From Asterias rubens (lineage: Eukaryota), in assembly GCF_902459465.1 (NCBI RefSeq), contig NC_047077.1, forward strand, positions 6,696,001 to 6,760,000: a stretch of DNA of 64,000 nucleotides, read 5' to 3'. This document shows, piece by piece, positions 48,177 through 60,160 of the stretch; the stretch's first letter is position 1, and every line of letters begins with the position of its first letter. Under the pieces are notes generated by a model that did no database searches, had not been told where the DNA came from, and was given only the letters and a program-made list of their open reading frames with translations. A program made the position numbers and the translations under genes.

Positions 48177-51100
48177 GTAAGATTAGTCGGAATTAGGCTA
48201 TTTCCGAATTGGCGGCTACAGCTCCAGGTACAGCTAGATTTCTGCATCATTGTTAGAGTGTAGGATGAGCTCCGTTAGCATCAGTTGTAGCTGTAGCTGT
48301 AGCCACCAATAAGTATACAGCCTCACTTGTTTCTCAAGTGTGGTCTCTGGTTCAAATCCAGATGATCCAACCATGGAATTAGTCTTTTATTCACAGCCAT
48401 GGACTCTGGTGCACATCCAACAGGGTTTGCCCATCTCGTTTTTAGTGACTGGCCAGCAGGATCATTTCACTAGTCAGTCTTTACTAGTCAATATTTCAAA
48501 TGAAATAGGCAAATTAGTTATCTTAGTGTAAGACACATGTAACTTTCTGTTAAGTGTCTTGCTCAGAGACACAGGTGTCACGACTGGGTCTAAACCCACA
48601 CTCTGCTGATAAGAAACGCCAGAGCTTGAGTCCAGTGCGCTTAACCTCTTGCCCAGGACATGCCATGTATATCTAGTTTTAAACTGATGTTAGACTTAAA
48701 CTTTGCTGAAATATCTGTCTTATCTACTTAATATATTTCACTGTACCCCTATATTACAACGGTGTTTGCTTTTCTTTACATGCTACAGGTTATAGTCGTA
48801 TGGAATTCACCAAAACCTGCTGCTCCGGATATTATCTGGCCTGAAATCCATGTACCAATCAAAGTAAGATGTGATTCATTACTCATTTTCTTAAAACAAA
48901 AATGAACGTTTGTATCGGTCATATCTTGTGAGTCACATTTTGTAATGATTCTGACTTGTGATCGATTAATGATGGTCATTGACACAGGACTTAGAGCTGC
49001 ACCCTTCCCATTGGAATCAAACTCAGACTTGCAACTCAACAGCCAAATGTTAATTACCAAAACTCAATGAGTCTTGCTAAATGGTAAAAAAAAAAAATAT
49101 TCCCTGTTGGAATGGCTTCATAAGGAGTTGTGAGTGTTGGGGATTCAGTGGTGTTTTTTATGTAATTCTGTAATTCAAATTCATAAGTATTTTGCCTTTG
49201 GCAACCAAATTGAATACTTTTAATAAACCATGAATAATAATCATAATGATATATTATTAAGAGATTTACACATGGTTGTACCCGCAAGTTTACTATTTAT
49301 TTATAGTTTCTTATCTAGGATTTGAGGCATTGCATGGTGAGGTATCAATGTATATTTGGTTTGCGGTAACACCATGTGAGTAGAATAAAGCAAGACAGTT
49401 CTCTAAGAACAACTCTACCTGTGTTACCGCAAACCAAATATACATTACAGTTTCTTCTTATACACCATTCAAAGCTTCAAACAATACTTATATGTTATGT
49501 TGATGTTTGTTATTTACTTTGGTTGTTGTCAGGTGATTCGTACCAAGAGGAACAGTCTAAACAATCGGTTTCTACCTTACGATGAGATCGAGACTGAAGC
49601 TATACTATCCCTAGATGATGACGCACATCTTAGACATGATGAGATTCTATTTGGCTTCAGGTAAATACAAACAATCCACTACATTAAAAGGCAAAGTATG
49701 CCTTTGGTTTCTGGAACCATTTGATTTTTTTTTTTCGTTAAGTCTCATTCTTTTTGGTTAAGTGCTGGGTGATTGTTTATTGTTTTGATTGTTAGTAATT
49801 CTTGCTAATTACCTACATGTATTGTGTGTTTTAACTGTTAAACTTTTTAGCTCTTTTTAAAGAATTTTGTATACTGTACATGTTCTGGTGCAATTCAAAC
49901 ATATTGGTTGTCATACTGTTCATTCCTTTGTAATGTTTTTATGAAATAAATCAATAAATATACAATCATAACAATAAAACTAACCTCATTAAAAAGGAGG
50001 TGGCAGCGTTTTGAGATTTATCTGAAAGTCCAGAGCAGTTATGTCCATGCAGGAAGAATAGTCCGTTAATGGAATGCACAATCGGAAAAACATTTCTGAC
50101 GGTAACATCTCTTAAAGCCATTGGACCCTCTCGGTACAGAAAAAAAAAAAAAGTTCACAGATTTACAAATAACTTACAGGGTTTACAGAAGGTAGTGGTG
50201 AAATACTTCTCTTGAAATATTAGTCCATGAAATGCTTTACTTTTTTAGAAAACGGTAAAACAATATCAATTCTCGTTAACGAGAATTACGGATTTATTTT
50301 AAACACATGTCATGACACGGCAAAACGCACGGATACAAGGGTGGGTTTTCCCGTTATTTTCTCCCGACTCCGATGACCGATTAAGCCCAAATTTTCACAG
50401 GTGTGTTACTTGATATAGAAGTTGTGATACACGAAGTGTGGGCCTTGGTCAATACTGTTTACCGAAAGGGTCCAATGGCTTTAAGAGGGACTAAAACCTT
50501 TTTTCCATAACCTCCAAATGAAATGATTCTCAAAATGCTTTTGAAAGCTTCTGTACTTCCAACCAAGTAAGTTTTTATTGCAATTAATTTGAAGAGTGAT
50601 TACCAAACGTATGCTGTCTCTTAACATTACTTTCACTTCAACAGCTAGCCCTGTAGCATAGAGGAACAGTTTCATTTGTTTCGTTTCGTCTTGTTTTCTT
50701 CAGAGTATGGCGTGAGAACCGTGAGCAGATAGTAGGGTTTCCAGGGCGATATCACGCTTGGGATGTCAATCAAAATAATGGATTTCTTTACAACTCAAAC
50801 TACTCCTGTGAGCTGTCTATGGTCTTAACAGGAGCAGCTTTCTTTCATAAGGTAACCAGTGACATACATGTATGTGTTTATCATAACTCATTTAAACAGT
50901 TGCCAAAAACGAGAACATACTTTTGTTAAAAAAATGTAACGAGAGATCGCGTAACTTGACAAGGCCATGGACGGCCACTTCAAGGTGAGGGCTACACTTG
51001 ACTGATTTGGGCTGTAAACCCATTTGGGCTGTAAACCCATTTGGGCTGTAAACCCATTTGGGCTGTAAACCCATTTGGGCTGTAAACCCATTTGGGCTGT

Positions 51101-53808
51101 AAACCCATTTGGGCTGTAAACCCATTTGGGCTGTAAACCCATTTGGGCTGTAAACCCATTTGGGCTGTCACCAGGGGCACATTGCAGAATGCACTACCTT
51201 CCCAACCTTTTAAAGACACTGGACACTATTGGTAATTGTCAAAGACCAGTCTTCTCACAAATGCATAAAATAACAAACCTGTGAAAATTTGAGCTCAATT
51301 TTTCGTTGAAGTTGCAAGATAATAATGAAAGAAAAAACACTCTTGGCACACAAAGTTGTGTCGTTTAGATGCTTGATTTCAAGACCTCAAATTCTAAATC
51401 TGAGGTCTCAAAATCAAATTTGTGGAAAATTACTTCTTTCTCAAAAACTACATTACTTCAGAGGGAGCCGTTTCTCACAATGTTTTATTCTAATGTCCCA
51501 ACCTCTCCCCATTACTCGTTACCAAGTAAGTTTTTTTGCTAATAATTATTTTGAGTAATTACCAATAGTGTCCACTGCCTTTAACAAATCGTTTCTCAGA
51601 TTCAAATTAACTAATTTGAATCTGAGAAGTTTCAGAAAATTTCTTATAATTTTTGTTCTTTCTTTTCTTTGCAGTATTATGCATACCTGTATAGTAACAT
51701 TATGCCACAAGTAATCAGAGATAAAGTGGATGAATATATGAACTGTGAAGACATCGCAATGAACTTCCTGGTATCTCACGTCACAAGAAAACCACCAGTA
51801 AAGGTAAGTGCACCAGTGTAATAAATATTAAACATTTACCAGTGACATGAATATTCAACAGTTATCAGTGACATGAATATTCACTACTTAAGAAAATACT
51901 GACAAATGGTGGATGCATATGAGTGGATTTATGCAAGTTATTATTTTGCATTATATTACACCCTAGCAGATCCTTGCCATTTGATTGGAGAACTGTCCGA
52001 AACGTGTTAGCAAATAAAAGTACTATTGCACGCTACGTCACTCACTGTGCATTTTTCGTTCCATCCAAAAAGTACTATTGCACGGTGAGGTAAAAACATC
52101 ACTGCGTGCGCGTGTCTTTGGTAACGCAGCAGTGTTCCTGCAAGGCACATTATTTCGACGTATGCATGTCTCAGATGCTTTGTTTGTTTTAAAATTTGTA
52201 TCCCCCAATCAAAATGGAAAAAAGATCTACTTGGATGTTATATAAAACAAACAAATAAAGAATGTTTTTTATTTGTGCAATAGTTCGAATATCTTTATTC
52301 GTTGAAAGATGGGATGTTCCATTCAACTCAGCATCGCCTCAATGAATAGAACATTCCATCTTTCAACTCATGAACATATTCGCACCATTGCACTCATAAA
52401 CATTCATTATTTGTATACTGTTCCATGAATAGTTTGACTTGACACAAGATCAAAGAAGAATAAGAGGAAAACAATTGCCCTCTGACTTGATGCCTCTTTT
52501 GAGCGTGCGTTTTGCGTACTTCTCAAACACAGAATGGATCAACCACAGGACTGATTAAAATATCAAAATATTTTTTAATATTTCAAAGTCATACTTCCAG
52601 GGGTTTATGATCTGATAAAAAATGGCATGGCGAGATCGTACTCCATTAGGAGAGAGGTTGTAGGATGCCCATAGCACACCCTTAGCATTACTTTCAGCCG
52701 CACTCAGACATGGCCTTACATTAGATACAATGTATTTCATACATATTCACGACCTAGAGTCGAATTCTCACTGGTTCAACATCACATGCCAGATGCTATC
52801 TTTGCTGTCTACCAAGCGTGCATGCAAGTACTCAAGCATATGGTAAATATTCTTGGAAGTTGACAAACTAGTTCTCGAGAAGAATTTGTGGACTTCAAAT
52901 ACCTCTGGGAGCTAATGGCCTGTTTAAATTTGCTGTGAATGAAAAATGAGGCTGTCCACATCCAGATTGTTCAAAATTCAAGATGGAGCATCCCAAGATA
53001 CTGCAAAACTCGAAGCTTGTCATTGCTTGGCTCAAGGCTGCTTCTCATCTTGCGTACTGTCCAGTTGTTACAGTTGCTTCCAAACTCCTCTCCTTCATCC
53101 ACTGATCTAAAAATGGAGAAATCCTAACAACAAAGTTGACAACAAAGTCCTAGCCAAGCCAGAATCTGGAAGTACAAGTTTGTTGAAATTTAAAATAAAG
53201 GTGTCAACCCTTTTCATCTATACAAAAGCGCAACAGAAAGCGCAATTCTTTTGAGTGATGACACACACAGCAATTGCCGTGGTGCCCTGAGCTTTTGCTG
53301 TGGTGCCCTGAGCTTTTGCTGTGGTGCCCTGAACTTTTGCTGTGGTGGCCTTTCTAGAGGAAAATCGCTGTGCCCCTTCAAGATCAAAGTTCATGGCCTG
53401 TGATTCGCAGAGTACTGTCTTCTGTGAAGTGTTCCTTCTAGTTACAGTAACCTCAAATATTCCTAATCTTCAACCTTGATGTCTAAACCTGATGACATCC
53501 TTACCCCTTGACATCCTAACCCAAGCATGATTGATTCCCAAGAGTCTCAGAAAATCAGGCTAAAATAACCAAGAGACACTTTTTGACGTTTGTATCAGGT
53601 CACTTCTCGCTGGACGTTCCGCTGTCCCTCTTGCCCAGAAGCTCTCTCCAAAGACGACTGGCATTTCAAGGAGCGTCACAAGTGCATGCAATTCTTTACC
53701 AGGGTCTACGGGTATATGCCTCTCTTATACACACAATTCCGAGTAGACTCAGTGCTATTTAAGACGCGGGTGCCCCACGATAAACAAAAGTGTTTTAAAT
53801 TTGTTTAG
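46038..53808 (+). CDS. EXTL3: Exostosin-like 3 (heparan sulfate GlcNAc transferase), 6 coding exons, 942 aa
   Basis: Join of 46038-48176, 48789-48863, 49533-49660, 50704-50851, 51675-51803, 53599-53808 = 2829 bp, phases consistent. Features: type II TM anchor, coiled coil, exostosin (GT47-like) domain ([29 protein letters not shown]), GT64 domain ([34 protein letters not shown]) and EXTL3-typical C-terminus [10 protein letters not shown]...[24 protein letters not shown]. Confidence 0.97.
48789..48863 (+). CDS. EXTL3: EXTL3 coding exon 2
   Basis: ctacag|GTT...AAA|gtaaga; [25 protein letters not shown]. Confidence 0.93.
49271..49490 (+). mobile_element. Second fragment of the same Penelope-like pLTR, interrupted by a small foldback element
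   Basis: CATGGTTGTACCCGCAAGTTTACTATT and the tail ACACCAT.CAAAGCTTCAAACA match 35323-35400. The interrupting element has AATGTATATTTGGTTTGCGGTAACAC inverted repeats. Confidence 0.55.
49533..49660 (+). CDS. EXTL3: EXTL3 coding exon 3
   Basis: [42 protein letters not shown](R). Confidence 0.95.
50116..50480. mobile_element. Kolobok-like MITE, family B
   Basis: TTAA|AGCCATTGGACCCTCTCGGTA...TACCGAAAGGGTCCAATGGCT|TTAA. The interior shares GATGACCGATT.AGC.CAAATTTTCACAGG with family A. Confidence 0.8.
50704..50851 (+). CDS. EXTL3: EXTL3 coding exon 4
   Basis: [20 protein letters not shown]...[21 protein letters not shown]. Confidence 0.95.
51006..51168. repeat. 17-bp minisatellite (TTTGGGCTGTAAACCCA) x9.6
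   Basis: Nine identical units plus a partial unit; source of the [17 protein letters not shown] ORFs. Confidence 0.95.
51214..51580. mobile_element. Kolobok-like MITE, family A
   Basis: TTAA|AGACACTGGACACTATTGGTAAT...GTGTCCACTGCCT|TTAA in EXTL3 intron 4. Confidence 0.82.
51675..51803 (+). CDS. EXTL3: EXTL3 coding exon 5
   Basis: [43 protein letters not shown]. Confidence 0.95.
53277..53348. repeat. 21-bp tandem repeat (GTGGTGCCCTGAGCTTTTGCT) x3 inside a repeat fragment
   Basis: Seen directly. Confidence 0.85.
53599..53808 (+). CDS. EXTL3: EXTL3 coding exon 6 (stop)
   Basis: [29 protein letters not shown]...KCFKFV*. Confidence 0.95.
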   Translation, partial: VTSRWTFRCPSCPEALSKDDWHFKERHKCMQFFTRVYGYMPLLYTQFRVDSVLFKTRVPHDKQKCFKFV

Positions 53809-54339
53809 TGTTATTATTTTGTTGTTTGTGACCTTATTTATAAACTGTTTAATGAGATGCGGAACTAGTTGGAGAAAAACGAGAATGCTTGGTTGGAGAC
53901 ACTTCAGACGGAGGTTCTCCTGTAGGGGCTGGTTTATAGTCGGTCACGCGATGGATGCATGATTGTTGCACGGTGTTTGTTCGACTAAAAACTTGACAAG
54001 TGATTATTTTAAAAAAAGTTATCACTGAGGTGTTAGTGAATAGCCGGTGAGGATGCTTGTGATCAACAAAGTTCAAGGAATACATCGTGAGAATGACTAT
54101 AAACTAGTTTGAAGACTTTTGCCACTGTATCTGGCAAGCACGGGGGGGGGGGGGGGGGGGGGCTGAGATTCTAATTCGCGAGGGGAGCACTGAAACTTCA
54201 TTTGGCCTTTGAAATGTTGACAATATTGGAAGACATGTTGATTACTGTTACCTGAAACGCTTTGGATTTTGATGTTGAACTTTTCATACATCCATTAAAG
54301 CTCTTCACCATGTGCAGCAACTCAACACACCAGCCTATT

Positions 54340-54363
54340 CAATCAATCAATCAATCAATCAAT
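54340..54363. repeat. (AATC)n microsatellite downstream of the EXTL3 stop
   Basis: Seen directly; a poly-G run lies at about 54142-54162. Confidence 0.85.
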
Positions 54364-55335
54364 CGAAAATAATTTGTATAGCGCCTAAATCAAAAGTTTG
54401 CTCAAAGGCGCTGGGGCACAGAAGAAATAAAAAGTCATTGATGGTAGGCCTCCTAAAACAAGTGGGCTTTCAGAAATGCCTTGAATGTGTTGAATGTGTT
54501 GAATGATGTTGGGTTTACTCCTGAGTTTGGGTCCATATACTGGGGAGGCTCTATCAGCAAAAGTAATGTGACTTGTTCTTGGCACTATTGATTCTATGAA
54601 ATAGCGCATGCCATGTATGCTTGGTTTTGCTTTGAAGTGCTGAATCCATCAAACCTGAGGAAAACTAAGGGATGTATTTATACTCTGAAAAGATTTTTAC
54701 ATGGATAGTATGACTGCAGGCAAGTGCTGAATCCATCAAACTAAGTCAAGAACCTTGGGGATCTGGCCTCATGCTAAAATTGGTTGGTTTTGCTGTGCAG
54801 CACTGGATCAATCCACCTTACGTAATACGCCATTGGCAGTCTGTACTTATCAAGGAAGAAGAGCTTGAGTGAACCTAAGGATAGAATACTAGCCTCTGAT
54901 GAGAGTTAGTTGTCTGGTCTCATGCTAATCTTGGTTGGTTTGGCTGTGCTGTACTGAACCCATCAAATTCTGGCAATCACTTCTTTGGGGATCTGATAAG
55001 ATTGGTATGCTTGGCCTCTGTCAAGCTCGGAAACCAGACATGCCATTGAATAGCTTAACTGACAACTGTAAATTGTCTTTACCGTCAAAAATTGTTATAT
55101 CAGGGTTTAATATAGTGTCTGTAAAAAATAGAACAAATTAAAAAAATATTTACAAATGTACATGTCACTGTTGAAAGAGTTGGTTTTGTTTTACTTCAAA
55201 ATTCCCACCAGACGAAATAAGTCGCACACATTAAAACATCATTGAGTATTGTTAAGTTGTCTATCTTTAGACAGTTGAGAGATGAGGATAAGGGAGGGTA
55301 AAATTTGTCGGGGGGGGGGTGATAGGGGGCCACCA

Positions 55336-55774
55336 GGGCCCAGTTTCATAGAGCTGCTAAGCACCAAAATTTGCTAAACATAAAATTTCTTCCCTGATAA
55401 AAACAGGATTACCAGCCAAATTTCCATTTGTTACATAGTGCTTGTTACTGGTATTCAGCTTTTGTTTGCTTATCCTGAAAATCACATGGAAATTTGGTTG
55501 GTAAACCTGTTTTTATCAAGGAAAGCAAATTTGCGTGCTTACTGTAGCAGAAAAATTTGCTTAAGCCTTAGCGTATTTCACAGGTTAGCAGAAAAATTGG
55601 GCGGCCATATTGCGTGTTTACCGTTGATTTGCATTGTGACGTCATTTATTTTTGTGCTGTAAGCACTGGAAGGTTAGCATGCCTTTTCGTGTGCTTTCGG
55701 TTATCAGCGCTATGAAACGGAAATCGCACAGTAAGCACAATTTGGCCACTAAGCAGCACTATGAAATTGGGCCC
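55336..55774. mobile_element. Harbinger-like MITE (GGGCCCAATTTCATAGAGCTGC TIR)
   Basis: TIRs at both ends. Related copies or fragments at 44184-44367, 57525-57716, about 3730-4130, 60965-61140 and 63628-63830. Confidence 0.7.
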
Positions 55775-58340
55775 TGGGAACCACCAGGAAGGTCGACTAC
55801 CGTTTGACCTGTATAACATCATGTCTAGGTCACATAGAAGTTCTGGCTGTATTTTATATGTGTTCTTGTACAAAAATGAAAGAAAATTATTGTTAAAATT
55901 TAGAAGAGTACATGTATGTTTCTGAAAGTCTTAAAGTATTTAAAAAATATTGTCCAGTGTTGTATCAACCATCAATAAAAAAGGGAGTTGAGTTTTATTT
56001 TAAGCCTTATACGTAAATTAGGGTACCTAGTAATTATACTTGGGTCTTATTGTTTAGCAAGATCAAAACTAACTGTATTACTTAATTGCCAATACTTTTA
56101 GTATGTCAAGTATAACACTCAAAGGTTTCCACCATGGCAATCTTTATACCGTGTAAGTTGGGTTTGCTTTTACCAATGGTGTTTGCACCCTTGAAGCAAA
56201 TGTTTTTATCACTTAGTTTTCCAGTGTATGTTCAAAGTTTTACACATATAAGACCACTCTGTCAGGCAGGACTTTTTGTTTTGTTTGTTTATCCGGTTGC
56301 CATGAGGGTCGTCACACTGTCCCTCCCATATCATAAAACTAAGGAAATGTAAGTCTTGAAAATAATAACACTTTCTCAAAAAAAGATGTATCATTTAATA
56401 AAAACTTGTATAAAACCCTGCAGCTATTTTTCTATCATTTTGAATGTAAATTTACACAACTTTTCCCACCTGTTAAACTGTACTTAATTAAGTTCAGAGT
56501 TGATGGCTTTAAGCAAAAGGATTTAACTCTTAAATTTGTTAATTACAATCTACACCACTTCAACTTGAATTTGAAGTATATTAATTTAATATATTAAAGG
56601 TATATTTATTTGCAGACATTTACAAGTTACTACAAAATAACTTACTAGGCAAAAAGTACATACCCGGCCTGTATGCTTTGTTTTGAAAAGGAAAGGGCAC
56701 CAAGGCATTTTCTCCCTGGTAAAGAGCACCATATGAGGGAGGGAATGGTAATTTCTACTGGAGAATTCAAGGGCACCAAGGCAATGACCAGGGGGCATGG
56801 AGGCAATCGCCTTCATTGCCTCCGTCAAGTAAATTGTTTTGCGAGGTGTTACGTTTCAACAAAGTCTGTCTAAATAGATTAAAAGGGTCATTTGCCATTG
56901 TTTTTCTCGGCAGTCATGAATGCACAAATTTAAACAGGTTGGTGGAACCATTATTTCGTATTTAATCCTACCCCACTTATCCACATCTTCTACTAAAAAA
57001 ACAACAATAACCAATAAGGTATTTTTCTTAAAACCCTTTCCTAAGACAGAAGGCATCAACAAAAACCTAAAGAAATTTGGTTAAAAAAAAGTTTCATTTA
57101 AATTTGATTTGACCACCGATTATGTTTTAGTTGCTCAGTATTTGTTAAGATCCTCTTAGAATTTATCAATTGGTTCTGAAAACCTTTTGTCGTTCTGTTA
57201 AGAATTCAGACTTACAGTTAGAAAGAGGTTACCTTGATCCCAACCTGTCAACGACAAGATTACCAATAAGCTTTTGCACTCTTATCTAATGAAGATATTA
57301 TGACAGGCAGAAGCTCCTGCCCAAATGTGACAATAGCACTCCATCAGTGGACATTATAGTCCCCTAATTTAATAGCCTTCAAGAAAGACTCTGCCAGGGT
57401 GGAAACAGGCTTTTAACTATTTTCTTTGCAGTTTTTAATAGATGTAATCACTACCATCGGGGATAAAGAATAAAAGGTTTGTTTCACTCCTTCACTGATG
57501 TGTGACAAGCGCCTCCCGACTCCTAGGCCCGATTTCATGGAGCTGGTGAAGCCCAAAGTGTAGCTAGAAAAACACATTTATGCTTACCAGAATAAGGTTA
57601 CCAGCCAAACTACCATGTCACATGTCAGTTTGTGACTGGTATTCTGCTCATTTCTGCTTAGCAGACAATCGTTGAGCATTTTTTTCTGCTTAAGCAGCTC
57701 TATGAAATTGAGCCCCTTTCATAAGAAGAAAAAAAGAGAAAACAATCTTCAAATGAGTACATGTAATTATCCTTGTAGCCCAACTCCAGAATATTCAACT
57801 CTTGAAGATGGTTAGATTTCTATACTTGTGCTATGGAAGTCAAGCTAGATGTCATTTTGTATGCTTTCTTATAATGTTTTTGTCATTATTTGTAAATACA
57901 GTAATTATATTGTAATAAATAAAGGCTTTAACAACTATAATTGTTGAGTATTTGGTTGTTTTTTTACACAAGTGTTTTACAAAGTTTTTATCGTGTTGTT
58001 TAATATACGATTTTCCATGTTACTAAGTTATCATACTATTGTCGAAGCCAAACTGTTCCCTATGACTTTGTATTGGAAAACTATTAGTTCAAAAATCAAA
58101 TGTACCAGTTGTTTCTATGGTGACAAGAATGGTTTATATGGAAGACTACAATCCCGGCCAAAATGTTTGGGCCACAATAAACATACCATCCCTGTGGCTC
58201 AATGTTGGAGCGGAGACCAAGCAATGGGAGCCAACATTGAATGGAGGCAGGGCCTAAGGAGATTGCCTGTGGCTGATTCACAAAGAGTTAGGACTAGTCC
58301 TAGGAGATATTACAAATTAGTCCTTCGAGATAAGACTTAA

Positions 58341-58490
58341 GCCCGGTTCATACTTCCTGCGAATGCCAAGCGAATTTGACGTGAATTTGACATCACAACC
58401 CTCCTTTCGCACCGATATTTGCAAGTGAGTTGAACAGAGTTGAACTGCTGCGAATTATTCGTTGCGAATTTGTGACGTCAACATTCGGGC
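58341..58490. mobile_element. TTAA-flanked element nested in the Harbinger-like MITE
   Basis: TTAA|GCCCG...CGGGC|TTAA interrupts the AAGACT..ACTAGTCTTAACTC interior of the 1041-1189 family. Confidence 0.65.
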
Positions 58491-59752
58491 TTAACTAGTC
58501 TTAACTCTCTGTGAAATCCTTCCCTGGATGGTCCGAGTCGGGGGTGCTCCGAGTTCAGTTCCACAAATAATTGACCCGACACTGGGCTGGAGTCCTCCAG
58601 CAATGAAGGTAAGACACAAATTTGTTCCCTTCTTTTGAGAGTGTTGCTGTTTTTATTTACAATTCTGAACAATTTAATTTATTGAGCTGGTAATTATATC
58701 TCCATGAATTGATCAACATTGTGTATGTATATAGCCTTCTGAGCTGCCAACTCGCCCTGATTCTGCGATCCCTGAAAAACTTGAAAATCTCCCTTCTTGT
58801 GGGAATGTTGTCCCCGTTATGTTGATTGGTTTCTAAATATATCCCAGATTGTTGTACAAAATCTTTCTGATTGCAAGATGCAAATATTGGCAGCTCTGAG
58901 CCCTGTGTTTTAATAAAGAGGTGTTCAACTAGTGGTTTAATTCCAACGAGGCCTGGTTCTTGATAATTTTTACAGAGACGAAGTCCAGGTAAATTATCAA
59001 GAACCAGGCCTCGGCGGGTTTAAACCTCTAGTTGAAAACCGATTCAACACACTTTGATTCCCATTCATAAATACCTTTTCGGTCAAAAACCTCAACACTT
59101 TTTGGTCAAAAGGTAAAATAAAGGCAAAAATTATAATTGTTCAATGATTTCTTTTAACACAACACCCCACCAGCTATGAAATGGTAAAGCCCTCCGCCGC
59201 CCTCAGGTAAACAACTTCTTATAAGGGAATGCTGTGCCCGTTGCGCGTATCGAGTGATGTGGCACAACTGTTTCATCCGTTGCTCTCAACCAATAGGAAT
59301 GAAGAAACTGTCTTATAAGAACAGGTGCAAGCTCGCGTGTCACGCCCATGTTTTAACACTTTTTACTGGTCATAAACAAAGGTTTATACACACCCACGTG
59401 GCGCGCTCTCCACCAATAGGAATAGCGAAACTGTCAGGTATTTATGAATAAGATTTTAAATTTTTGTTTTCCCGAGCTGCAGGGCAGAGACGTAAAAAGC
59501 CTTGCCACCAGCCTGACTGCGAGATCTGGGAAAATCAAGACATATTCACCTACAGAAGAAAGGAGGGAGACCGTATGCGGAAGACTTCCAAGTATGAGTA
59601 GAGATGAGAGGTAACTAGGTATTACATAGACTTGGTTCAAGTCCACTTGGTTCAAGTAGGGTCTTTTATGATGTGCCCTCTATTGTTAATAAGATGTGAT
59701 AAGCATGCAGTGGATTAATTAGTCGAACAATGACTCAACGAAAGTCTGACTT

Positions 59753-60160
59753 GGGTGAGGTGTCGTGACCGAGCGGTTAGGAGCACCGAATTCAAAAACT
59801 GGTGTTTCTGATCAGCAGAGTGTGGGTTCGAATCCCCAGCCATGACACTTGTGTCCTTAAGCAAGATGCTTAACCATTGCTTCGTCCTTCGGATGGGACA
59901 GAAAGCCGTTGGTCCCATGTGTTGTGTAAACGCATGTAAAAGAACCCAGTGCACTTATCGTAACGAGAATGGGTTCGCCCCGGTGTTCCTGGCCGGATTG
60001 GCAGTATATTGCACCACAGCACCTTGTAAACCATTACATGGTGCTAAGGATTAGGTGTTATATCTCAAACTTCGTACCACTTCTTGCAGTAATAATACCT
60101 GGCGCTTTGGCAAAAGGCGCGTTATAAATACGGTTATTATTATTATTATTATTATTATTT
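59753..60160 (+). mobile_element. Full-length tRNA-derived SINE with Deu/Nin-like core and (TTA)n tail
   Basis: A box TGACCGAGCGG, B box GGTTCGAATCC at 59825-59835, core GTAAAAGAACCCAGTGCACTT...GGGTTCGCCCCGGTGTTCCTGG, 3' GCGCTTTG...TATAAATAC(TTA)n. Confidence 0.8.

Noticed and set aside
46035-48263. ORF-track protein of 742 aa as the whole EXTL3
   Set aside because: It starts at a GTG and reads through the donor at 48176. The real CDS continues in five downstream exons.
50888-51219. ORFs with the [17 protein letters not shown] repeat
   Set aside because: They are an artefact of a stop-free 17-bp minisatellite inside an EXTL3 intron.
59753-59840. tRNA gene
   Set aside because: A and B boxes are present but there is no full cloverleaf. 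The sequence continues into a SINE body and tail.
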